This document shows, piece after piece, positions 1 to 8,074 of a DNA stretch of 64,000 nt. Made by a program: the position numbers and the translations under genes. A model generated the notes under the pieces. That model did not search any database. It was given only the letters and a program-made list of their open reading frames with translations, and was not told where the DNA came from. Numbering within the stretch: position 1 is the stretch's first letter; each line of letters begins with the position of its first letter. The DNA comes from Longimicrobiales bacterium (GTDB lineage: Bacteria; Gemmatimonadota; Gemmatimonadetes; Longimicrobiales; Gaopeijiaceae), in NCBI GenBank assembly GCA_965249725.1, contig CBDFMQ010000002.1:96001-160000 (forward strand), written 5' to 3'.

Positions 1-1163
1 TCAGGTCCATCCCAGGTGTCGTAGAATCCGACCGTGTACGGGTTGGTCGGGTCCATCATGTTGAAGACCTGCATCCCGTCGTCCAATGCGGCCACGAACA
101 CATAAGGCCACCGCACTTCGTGGTTGTGCGAAAAGTTCTTCCAGTTGGCCGTCCAGGCTCCGATGGGTCGCGTGATGGTCGGAACTTCGCCGTCGAGACC
201 CGGCTTCAGGTCGAAGATGCGCAGAGGCGCCGTCCGATACTCGGTTTCGCCCACGAAGTAACGGCCGTCCGGCGTGGGTGTGATCGTGTGCCCGCTCCGG
301 ATTCCGGAGATGTTCGTCGCCGACGTAAGGAAGTTCGGGTTGCCCAAATCGGTGATGTCGTAGACGTAGTAACCGCCGCCGCCGGCCCCGTAGAAGCGAT
401 CCTGTCCGCTCTCGGGGTGGTACCCGACGTAGTAGTCGTGGTAACCCCTCGCCTGCGCGGGGTCCGGATTCGGCACGCGCGCAATGAGCCCGAAGTCCGG
501 GTCACCGGCCAGGAACTGGTCGAGGTCGTACACGTGTGCCGCAGGCTCAGAGATCGTGGCGAAGAGAAGGTTGCGGCCGTCGGAGTGCTTGTAGGCGAAG
601 ATGTTGTGGAAGCCGCCCTGCTGAGCGGGACCCTGCATGCGTCCCACCTCTCTCACCTGCGACGGGTCCGGCAGGCCGGTCACGTCGAAGATGATGGCGC
701 CAAGGTCGGAGTCCGGTCCGCCAGCCCTGAACTGGAAGGACTGGATGTAGTAATAGCGGCCGCCGGACTTGAAGTACTTTCCGTCCAGCGCTCCGGAACC
801 CTGATGAAGCATGGGGTTGTCCACCACCCACTTGTAGATGACTTCCGCGTTCTCGGGGTCCTCGATACTGATGATCGAGAATCCACTGGGAGCGAAGCGG
901 CTGGACACGTAGACGTAGGGGCGGTCCATGTCCTGTTCCAGTTCGATGTCTGCGGTCCGCCGTCCGTACGAATCGATTCCCGCAGCGTCCGAGTTGGCCA
1001 AAGGCCTGGCACCACCCAAGGGCACATGGGACAGAACGTGGACGTTTCTGCTGCCCTGCTCGCCCGGAGCATGCTGCGCGTTCGCCGGCGCCGCATACGG
1101 AACCGCGAGCGCCGTTGCGAGAGTCGCGGTCCCGAATCGGGCGCACATGTCTCTCCAACTCAT
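1..1163 (-). CDS. LVIVD-repeat-like secreted beta-propeller protein (3' end runs off the window)
   Basis: Not in the ORF track; translated by hand from ATG 1163 (GGAGG upstream): MSWRDMCARFGTATLATALAVPYAAPANAQ...DIELEQDMDRPYVYV...GGFHNIFAY...GYHDYYVGY...SHNHEVRWPYVFV. Clear paralogue of 40280..41599. Confidence 0.85.
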   Translation of the reverse strand, partial: MSWRDMCARFGTATLATALAVPYAAPANAQHAPGEQGSRNVHVLSHVPLGGARPLANSDAAGIDSYGRRTADIELEQDMDRPYVYVSSRFAPSGFSIISIEDPENAEVIYKWVVDNPMLHQGSGALDGKYFKSGGRYYYIQSFQFRAGGPDSDLGAIIFDVTGLPDPSQVREVGRMQGPAQQGGFHNIFAYKHSDGRNLLFATISEPAAHVYDLDQFLAGDPDFGLIARVPNPDPAQARGYHDYYVGYHPESGQDRFYGAGGGGYYVYDITDLGNPNFLTSATNISGIRSGHTITPTPDGRYFVGETEYRTAPLRIFDLKPGLDGEVPTITRPIGAWTANWKNFSHNHEVRWPYVFVAALDDGMQVFNMMDPTNPYTVGFYDTWDGP

Positions 1164-1224
1164 CAGACCACCTCCCTAACAGATTCGTTCGTTCTGACTA
1201 CTGTCTACGTCCCCAGCCGAATGC

Positions 1225-2646
1225 CTACGGGCCTGGGTTCCACCAGACTCGGTCACCCAGGTCCGCTCCGCCCTGACGGCTGATGGCCGTCTGCAAGTTG
1301 GCGCTGTTCAGGGACTGCTCTTCCTCCGAATACTTGAGCCTTCTCGGGATCATGCCTCCCGTCACGTTGTCCGGCCCGGCCACCAGGTTCGGAGACCCAA
1401 ACCGCCGCCAGCTCGAGTACGCCTCGATCCCCTGGCCGAAGAAGCCGATCCACATCTGGAGTCCGATCTGTTCGAGTCCGGTCCCCGCATTGTATGCGAC
1501 CCTGGGATTGGCCAGATACGCGTCGATATCAGCGCTGTCGATGTCGTACCACTCCATGCTGGCCCGGATCGCGTCCTGATAGAGCTGTCCGGCGTTACCG
1601 CTGGTATAGCCCCGGGCGGCGGCCTCGGCCTCCAGGAAGAGGACCTCGGAGTAGGACATGAGCATAGATGGATTGTCCAGATCCCGGACGAAGCGCTCGC
1701 CCACCTTGGACCGTGCCGTGAAGGGAATGCCGTGCCCATCCTTCAACCCGCTCTCGTGACCGAGGAACTCATCCTCATCATTGGGACGAGCGAAGACCGG
1801 CAGGCGGGGGTCAGCGTATGACGCCAGCGTATCAACGATGGTCGCGCTGATCCGGCCTCCGCCCGGCCGCTCGACCTCGCCGGTGAACCACGGGTTGGAG
1901 CTCCCTAGCTCGTTCAGCCAGCGAAAGATGGCCTGATCGTCGTTGCTGCCGAACACCCCGGCACCTATCGCCGCCACGGCTTCCGCCTGGGCCGTCCCGG
2001 GATCGACGTCCGTGAGCCTCATGGCCATCCGGAGCCTCAGCGAGTTCGCGAACATCTTCCAGCGCGCCATGTCTCCCTCGTAGATCAGGTCCGCATCCTC
2101 GAAGTCCGGACCCGAAGTGGTTATGAGGGTGGCGGCAGCCGCGAGATCGTTGAGGAGGCCTTCATAGACCTGTTGCTGCGAATCGTATTGCGGCTGTGTG
2201 TTTTCGTCGCCCTGCAGGGCCTGGGAATACGGAACGTCTCCCCAGAGGTCCGTTACGTTCTGGTATAGCCACGCCTTCATGATCGCACCCACGGCCTGGT
2301 CGTTGGGCCGTCCCGCCTCACCGGACTTCATCTCGATCTCTCCGAAGTCCTGCATGGGACCCGCATAGTAGGCCGTCCACGTGCCGCTGTAGTCGCGCAC
2401 GTCGTAGCGCCCATCCCAGGCGTACTCGATGCGCGAAGTGTGCTGCGCCCACAGGTTGAGGAAGTTGTTGCCCAGGACCTGACTGGCGGCGTCCCTCATG
2501 GCAGATGAGACCAGGAACTCGGCGTTCACGTCTGTGGGTGCATTCGGGTTGGTGTTGATCCCCGCGAAGTCCTCGGTGCAACCCACCAGGATCGCGCCCG
2601 CAAGGGCTACCGCGGCTGGGACCTTGAGAAGTTTGAGCGTCCGCAT
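1225..2646 (-). CDS. susD: SusD/RagB family outer-membrane lipoprotein
   Basis: Start MRTLKLLK with AGGAG RBS, lipobox LVGC, NTNPN, TDLWGDVPYSQA, WKMFANSLRLR, C-terminal RVWW; directly downstream of SusC. Confidence 0.93.
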   Translation of the reverse strand: MRTLKLLKVPAAVALAGAILVGCTEDFAGINTNPNAPTDVNAEFLVSSAMRDAASQVLGNNFLNLWAQHTSRIEYAWDGRYDVRDYSGTWTAYYAGPMQDFGEIEMKSGEAGRPNDQAVGAIMKAWLYQNVTDLWGDVPYSQALQGDENTQPQYDSQQQVYEGLLNDLAAAATLITTSGPDFEDADLIYEGDMARWKMFANSLRLRMAMRLTDVDPGTAQAEAVAAIGAGVFGSNDDQAIFRWLNELGSSNPWFTGEVERPGGGRISATIVDTLASYADPRLPVFARPNDEDEFLGHESGLKDGHGIPFTARSKVGERFVRDLDNPSMLMSYSEVLFLEAEAAARGYTSGNAGQLYQDAIRASMEWYDIDSADIDAYLANPRVAYNAGTGLEQIGLQMWIGFFGQGIEAYSSWRRFGSPNLVAGPDNVTGGMIPRRLKYSEEEQSLNSANLQTAISRQGGADLGDRVWWNPGP

Positions 2647-2717
2647 GATATATCGCTCCTTCAACGTGTCGTCGGAATCGTCGTTTGGTCCTCCACTCTG
2701 TTCCCTCCGCCGCGTAA

Positions 2718-5700
2718 TCACGGCGTTATCGACAGGTTGATCCCGAACGTGCGCCCGGATGGGAGCTGGCCGTATTCGACCCCCTGGAAGTTCGAGTTGT
2801 CGAATCCGGTCTCCGGATCCACGTGAGGTATGTTGCCCTTGAGGAGGATCAGGTTCCTGCCCACGAGCGACATTCTGGCGTTCTCGAACGGAAGCCTGCT
2901 CACCAGACCGGTGGGGAAGTCGAACGACAGCGTCACCTCCCGGAGCTTGATGAAGGTGGCGTCGTAGACGTTCCCCTCCTGCTTGTTCCACTGGGTGTGC
3001 GCGAACCGCTCGGCCGTGACCCAGATGGCGTTCTGAGATCCGTCCTCCCTGACTCCGTCGATGAGCACGCACGGCTCGTCCAGGGCACATGTTCTCTCCG
3101 GCACCGCCCTCACGAGGTCGCCCCTGAAGTCTACGATGGCGCCCTCCCGCCGCCCGATGGCGCTTTCTACATTGACGCCGGAGTACTGGCCCCACTGGTT
3201 CGTGACGGAGAATATCTCGCCGCCCTGCCTCCAGTCGACGAGGAAGCTCAGAGTCAGGTCGCGGTAGGAGATGCTGTTCCGGATACCAGCCAGCCAGTCG
3301 GGCGTGTAGTGGCCCATGATGGATTTGCTGGACTCACCCTGAAGAAGCCCCTGGTCGGAGACCACAACCTGGCCCTGGGAATTCCTCTTGATCTTGAACC
3401 CCACTAGCGCCCCATACGGCTCGCCGGGCCGGGCTTCGACGGTCGTGCGCCAAAACTCGCCGAGGATGATGCTCTCCAGGTCGCCGGTGAGCTCCAAGAC
3501 CTCGCTTTGGTTCTTGGAGAAGTTCGCCGTAACGTCCCACCGCAGCGCGCCGGTGACCGGAGTGGCGCTCAGGACGACTTCAACGCCCTTGTTCGCGATC
3601 TTCCCCGCGTTCAGGACCTGGCTCGTGAATCCGCTGGCAGACGAGACTTGGACGCCCAGGATCTGATCCGTCGTCTCGGTCTGGTAGTACGTCAAGTCGA
3701 GCGCCACTCGGTCGTCGGCCGTTCGCAAGTCCGCTCCCACCTCCCAGGACACGGTGGACTCGGGTCGCAAGCCGCTGTTCGGGATGGTGTTGTTCACACT
3801 GAACCCCGAGCGTGTGCCGAACGGATTGGCGGGCGACAGCACCGAGGCGAGTTGATAAGGCGCAGCGTCGTTGCCGACCTTTGCCCAACTTGCCCGCAGC
3901 TTGCCGTAAGAGAGGAAGCTGCTGAAGGCGTCCGTGACGTCGGTGAACACCAAGCTGGTGGAGACCGAGGGGTAGAAGTAGGAGTTGTTGACCGTGGGAA
4001 GCGTCGACGACCAGTCGTTTCTCCCGGTGACGTCGAGGAACAGGTAATCCCTCCACGAGAACGTCGCGAATCCGTACAGGGAGTTGACCTCCTTTTTCTC
4101 TACCCAATTCCTGATGACCGCCGGCTGCGACACGTTCGAGACGTTGTAGATTCCCGGCACGTTCAGGTTGTTGGACGTCACGACGTCGATGTTCTCGTCG
4201 TTGGTTCGGTGGTTTCCACCCACACGGAATGCGACGTTGAGGTCCGAGGTCAGGTCCTTTTGAGCAGCCACCAGGAAGTCGGTGTTGATCTCCTGCCTGA
4301 AGAGTCCGATGTCGTCGAAGCCGCCGTCGATATCACGGGCGCTCGGCGGACGGGTCTCCTTTCTGTTCTCTTGATACCAATCCGTGCCAGACCGCAGCAT
4401 GACGCTCAGATAATCGTTGATCTGGTAGCTCGCCTCCAGATGGCCCGTTACCCGATCTCTATTGAGGGCGTTGTTCCGGGAGTTGCTCTCCCAATAGGGG
4501 TTGTCATGGTAGTTGTAATTCCAGTTCGCGTACTCCCCCGACTCTACCTGGTCCGGGGCCTGTCCGAACTGCTCGAGGCGATGGGTCGAGACCTGGCGGC
4601 CGAACCAGATGTATCCCTGTAGGGGGTTGTAGCCCTCGTAGCCGACCTCCGGGATGTGCTGCCCTCGGCGAGCCGTGTAGGTGGTGGCTCCGCTCACGAC
4701 AAGCTTGTCGGTCACGTCGGCGCTGGCCGACAGGAAGATGGCGGTCCGGTCGTTGGCGTGCCCCGGCACCATTCCGTTCTGATCCATCCGCGTCAGCGAG
4801 AGCCGGGCGTTCGTCCTGTCGCTCGTCGTTGCGACGCTGAAGTTCGTGTCCCAGGTGGAGGCGGACTTGAAGTAGTCCCTCACGTTGAACGGCTTGGGCG
4901 TGAAGGGCACCGCCGAGCCGTCGGAGTACCACGCCGCCTGGAGCCGTCCGTCCATGGGGGGACCCCAGCTCTCATCTGTTCCGTCGTTCTGTCCACCACC
5001 GAAGCCGTCGACGTACCCGAACAGGCCACTGCTCCCCTGGCCGTACTGATTCTGGTAGGTGGGCATCTTGAGGGGGGTACGCATGGTGAAGTTGGTGCTG
5101 ACCGAGACGTCAACCCTCGGTCCCCCGCCCGCCATAGCACCTTTCCTGGTAGTGATGACCACGGCGCCGTTCGAGGCGCGGGAGCCATAAAGCGCTGCCG
5201 CGTTCGCACCCTTGAGGACCGAGACCGACTCGATGTCCATGGGGTTGAGGTCCTGGACCGCATTCCCGTAGTCCGATCCCTTCGGCTGGGGGGTCGACGG
5301 GTCGGAGCCGCCCCGGCGCGCCCCGCCGCGGAGATAGCCGTCCGAGGAGTTGTCGACTGGGATCCCGTCGATGATGAAGAGCGGTTGGTTCTCTCCCGCG
5401 ATAGAGTTGGCTCCCCGGAGCACGATTCGCGAGGAGCCGCCGACTGGGCCCGTGTTCGTGACCTGCGCTCCGGCGACCTGTCCAGCGATGGCGTTGACGA
5501 TGTTAGACTCGCGAGCCTCGACGAGCTCCTCCCGATCGATCCCCTGTACAGCAAAGCCCAGCGCCCTTTGCTCGCGCGTGATCCCGAGCGCCGTGACGAG
5601 AAGGCCCTCGAGAGCCACGGCCTCCTGGTCCAGGCGGAAGTTCAGCGTTGCTGTACCCCCGGCCGCGACGCCGACCGTCGTAACGAGGGTGCCGTACCCG

Positions 5701-5957
5701 ATCAACTCCACTCGGACCGTGTGGGTGCCCGCCGGGACCAAGTTCATCAGGTACCGGCCCTGGGCATTGGTGAGGGTGCCGAGTTGAACCGACGGAATCG
5801 AGACCTGGACGCCGTTGAGCGGTTCGCTCGTGGCGGCGTCCAGCACCTGGCCGGTGACGGTACCGGTCTGTGCGGTGACCTGCGTCGCTCCCAGCGCAAG
5901 CAAAGCGCTCAATGCCACGCCGACCAGGGCTGGTACTCTGACTCTGTAGTGTCTCAT
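2718..5957 (-). CDS. susC: SusC/RagA family TonB-dependent transporter
   Basis: N-terminal carboxypeptidase-regulatory-like domain, plug motifs PLFIIDG and DIESVSVLKGANAAALYGSRASNG, GRNDWSSTLP; ATG 5957 with AGGAGG RBS. Confidence 0.95.
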   Translation of the reverse strand: MRHYRVRVPALVGVALSALLALGATQVTAQTGTVTGQVLDAATSEPLNGVQVSIPSVQLGTLTNAQGRYLMNLVPAGTHTVRVELIGYGTLVTTVGVAAGGTATLNFRLDQEAVALEGLLVTALGITREQRALGFAVQGIDREELVEARESNIVNAIAGQVAGAQVTNTGPVGGSSRIVLRGANSIAGENQPLFIIDGIPVDNSSDGYLRGGARRGGSDPSTPQPKGSDYGNAVQDLNPMDIESVSVLKGANAAALYGSRASNGAVVITTRKGAMAGGGPRVDVSVSTNFTMRTPLKMPTYQNQYGQGSSGLFGYVDGFGGGQNDGTDESWGPPMDGRLQAAWYSDGSAVPFTPKPFNVRDYFKSASTWDTNFSVATTSDRTNARLSLTRMDQNGMVPGHANDRTAIFLSASADVTDKLVVSGATTYTARRGQHIPEVGYEGYNPLQGYIWFGRQVSTHRLEQFGQAPDQVESGEYANWNYNYHDNPYWESNSRNNALNRDRVTGHLEASYQINDYLSVMLRSGTDWYQENRKETRPPSARDIDGGFDDIGLFRQEINTDFLVAAQKDLTSDLNVAFRVGGNHRTNDENIDVVTSNNLNVPGIYNVSNVSQPAVIRNWVEKKEVNSLYGFATFSWRDYLFLDVTGRNDWSSTLPTVNNSYFYPSVSTSLVFTDVTDAFSSFLSYGKLRASWAKVGNDAAPYQLASVLSPANPFGTRSGFSVNNTIPNSGLRPESTVSWEVGADLRTADDRVALDLTYYQTETTDQILGVQVSSASGFTSQVLNAGKIANKGVEVVLSATPVTGALRWDVTANFSKNQSEVLELTGDLESIILGEFWRTTVEARPGEPYGALVGFKIKRNSQGQVVVSDQGLLQGESSKSIMGHYTPDWLAGIRNSISYRDLTLSFLVDWRQGGEIFSVTNQWGQYSGVNVESAIGRREGAIVDFRGDLVRAVPERTCALDEPCVLIDGVREDGSQNAIWVTAERFAHTQWNKQEGNVYDATFIKLREVTLSFDFPTGLVSRLPFENARMSLVGRNLILLKGNIPHVDPETGFDNSNFQGVEYGQLPSGRTFGINLSITP

Positions 5958-6068
5958 AATCTTCCTCCTAAGCGTGGTACGGCTCACAACTTCGGTGTAT
6001 CTGGCGAACGGCGAGGATTGTTGTTCGGCGGCCGTAACATGACCGTATACGAGCCCCCGCGAGTGCCG

Positions 6069-6656
6069 CTACAGGGCCAGCACCCAGCCGATCCCGGCGC
6101 TGATGACGGCGTCCGTCTGCAGCTCCGTGATGGCATGATTCGAGTACATCCAGGCCGCGCCTTGCGCGAAAAACTGGACAGATGATCCGGGTGGTGTGTA
6201 CCGCAAGCCCCCACCCAGCAGCCCTGCGCCCTCGGTTACGTTGTACGCGTAGTCCGGGGCCTTGCGGTCAAGGGCCACGAAGCCCCCGCCGCCGAAAACG
6301 TAGGGGGCCAGCCCAGAATCGAGCGGCAGATTGAGCTCGAGGCTCGTGCCGAAATACAGGCGCTGGAAGTCGACGTCCTCGTTCACGGGCGCGGCCTCGC
6401 GCCCCGAGTTCTTCACCCAGGCGAAGTCGCCGCGGATGGTGACGTTCTCGTACAGCTGTAGCCCGATCCCACCACCGACCTGAATGCCTCCGTCGTAGGA
6501 CACGTCACGGAACACATCGAAGTCTTCAGGAGAATTCAGAAAGCCCGCAGACGCGAACAAAATCAGGGCCGACTCGTCTTCGTCCTGAGCGGTGAGTGGA
6601 GCCGCGGCAAGCACGGCGAGGACTCCAGAGGAGAGAAGCAAACGAGAGAGAGACAT
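6069..6656 (-). CDS. Small outer-membrane beta-barrel protein (OmpA/OmpW-like)
   Basis: Signal peptide, alternating aromatic strands, APYVFGGGG motif; AAGGAGG RBS. Confidence 0.7.
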   Translation of the reverse strand: MSLSRLLLSSGVLAVLAAAPLTAQDEDESALILFASAGFLNSPEDFDVFRDVSYDGGIQVGGGIGLQLYENVTIRGDFAWVKNSGREAAPVNEDVDFQRLYFGTSLELNLPLDSGLAPYVFGGGGFVALDRKAPDYAYNVTEGAGLLGGGLRYTPPGSSVQFFAQGAAWMYSNHAITELQTDAVISAGIGWVLAL

Positions 6657-6896
6657 ATCCCGGTCCTCCTTTCGTCGCCCGGAAGTGGAGAGCCGGGCGG
6701 CCGTAAACATCGCAGGAGTCGGCTAGAGGCCGCTGAGGATTGGGATCCTGCGCGTGGGCCGTAAAGACTTGCCACCATATAGCATGCCTGGCGGAGCGCG
6801 TCAATAGCCTGAAGGTGCGCTCGATCGACCCACTTCCGCTTGACTGCCTCCGACCTGTCAGCTACGTTCGCCCTTGCACACTCAGGCTGGAGTATC

Positions 6897-7283
6897 ATGG
6901 GTCGCGTGGCAACCTTCCTGGTGCTTGTCTTTCTCGGCTCGTCTTGCGCCTCACCCGGCGCCGGTGAGCGGCCTAGTACATCAAGGAACGAGATCGCCCT
7001 CGAGGAGATCAGAACGACGTCGGCGCGGAACGCCTACGAGATCGTGGAGGCGCTTCGGCCTCAGTGGCTGCGAGCCCGTGGGCCAATCGGGCTCACCGAT
7101 CCGACGCCAAGCGTCCCGGACATCTATCTTGACGGTACGCAGTTCGGGAATCTCGAGGCCCTCCGGTCCATCAACGTGAACAACGTCCGGCATGTCTATT
7201 TCTGGGGCCCCGGACCTGCCATGGTGCGCTACGGCGACGGGCATCCCAGGGGAATCATCGAGGTGATCGTCAGCGGCCGCTGA
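6897..7283 (+). CDS. Small lipoprotein resembling a stand-alone TonB-receptor plug domain
   Basis: Lipobox GSSC; EIALEEI..NAYEIVEALRP..IYLDG..LRSINVNNVRHV..AMVRYG..GIIEV pattern; paralogue at 61584. Confidence 0.7.
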   Translation: MGRVATFLVLVFLGSSCASPGAGERPSTSRNEIALEEIRTTSARNAYEIVEALRPQWLRARGPIGLTDPTPSVPDIYLDGTQFGNLEALRSINVNNVRHVYFWGPGPAMVRYGDGHPRGIIEVIVSGR

Positions 7284-7486
7284 CCGTTGCCGTAGCACGT
7301 ACGTTGAGGTGCCCTAGCACGTCCCTCCCGATGCGTATCTGGTGAGTTTTCGGAAACTCGGATGGTTCGTGCCGGGGTTCATGGACATCGTTGATGCGCA
7401 TGATTTCGAATCCCTTGATGAAGTGCTAGCCTCGCATTTCCTGCTGCACCTTGGCGTCACGCTCGACCGCGATAGATATCGATCTC

Positions 7487-7603
7487 TCCTATGACGTAGC
7501 CTCGGACGGTCGGTTTCTCATGATTCAGTCGAACTTCGATGACATGGACCTAATCGTGGTCACCAACTTCTTCGAGGAGTTGAAGGAACGGGTGCCGAAT
7601 TGA
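7487..7603 (+). pseudogene. Orphan C-terminal fragment of a Ser/Thr kinase-TolB propeller gene
   Basis: Reads SYDVASDGRFLMIQ...LIVVTNFFEELKERVPN*, matching the end of 46578..49280 (WDVTGDDQRFLMV...LIVVENFTEELKRRVPN*); in-frame stop upstream at 7427. Confidence 0.8.
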
Positions 7604-7658
7604 GCCGTCAGGTCCCTTGGCTGCGCGTCTTCGTGGAAGGCGTGGTGATCGGCAGGGA

Positions 7659-7906
7659 AGGGGTCTCTATGTTTTCTCTCTATGTTCGGATCCATCAAAC
7701 ACGGTGGGAACTGGGAGACACATACCGCAGAATAGCGGCGATTTCCCCAGAACCACGCCAAACGGGTGGAAACAGGGGTCTCTGGGAGACGCTTTGCAAG
7801 CCAGAGGTTGCCGGTTCGATCCCGGCTGGCTCCACTGATGTAAAGCGTTGAGCTGCATGGTGTTACTGGAGACTCCGTCGGTCAGTCGGCCGAGGGGTCT
7901 CTATGT
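7659..7906. mobile_element. attP-like integration-site remnant (arm repeats around a tRNA-Ala core)
   Basis: AGGGGTCTCTATGT at 7659-7672 and 7893-7906, extra CTCTATGTT at 7678-7686, tRNA 3' half between them, IHF-like TAAAGCGTTGA at 7841-7851. No integrase in the window. Confidence 0.55.
7791..7835 (+). pseudogene. 3' half of tRNA-Ala(TGC), not an intact tRNA
   Basis: GC-TTTGCAA-GCCAG AGGTT GCCGG-TTCGATC-CCGGC TGGCTCCAC: anticodon loop, perfect T arm and Ala-type acceptor 3' strand; D arm and most of the 5' anticodon stem absent, no CCA. Confidence 0.8.
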
Positions 7907-7964
7907 CTGTCTGGCACGAGCGCGGGCAGCTTGCCCTGCACTTACCTACAGGGCATGGTGCGGC

Positions 7965-8072
7965 ATGGACGGCTCACTCGGTGGACTTGGCATGTGGGAG
8001 ATGCTCCTGATCCATGCCGTGGTCCTCCTCCTTCTTGGCGCGAAGCGACAACCCCCACCACGTAGCCCCTAG
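7965..8072 (+). pseudogene. Truncated tatA-like fragment
   Basis: MDGSLGGLGMWEMLLIHAVVLLLLGAKRQPP resembles the TatA N-terminus (GLGxxE..LLFGAKRLP); the amphipathic helix is missing. Confidence 0.6.
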
Positions 8073-8074
8073 GC

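Noticed and set aside
120..1283. 387-aa + strand ORF and other long antisense ORFs (e.g. 4656..6185, 25149..26417, 56228..57490)
   Set aside because: Shadow frames of well-supported opposite-strand genes, expected at high GC.
7775..7835. Functional tRNA-Ala
   Set aside because: No D arm, anticodon stem pairs only 2 bp, no CCA end.
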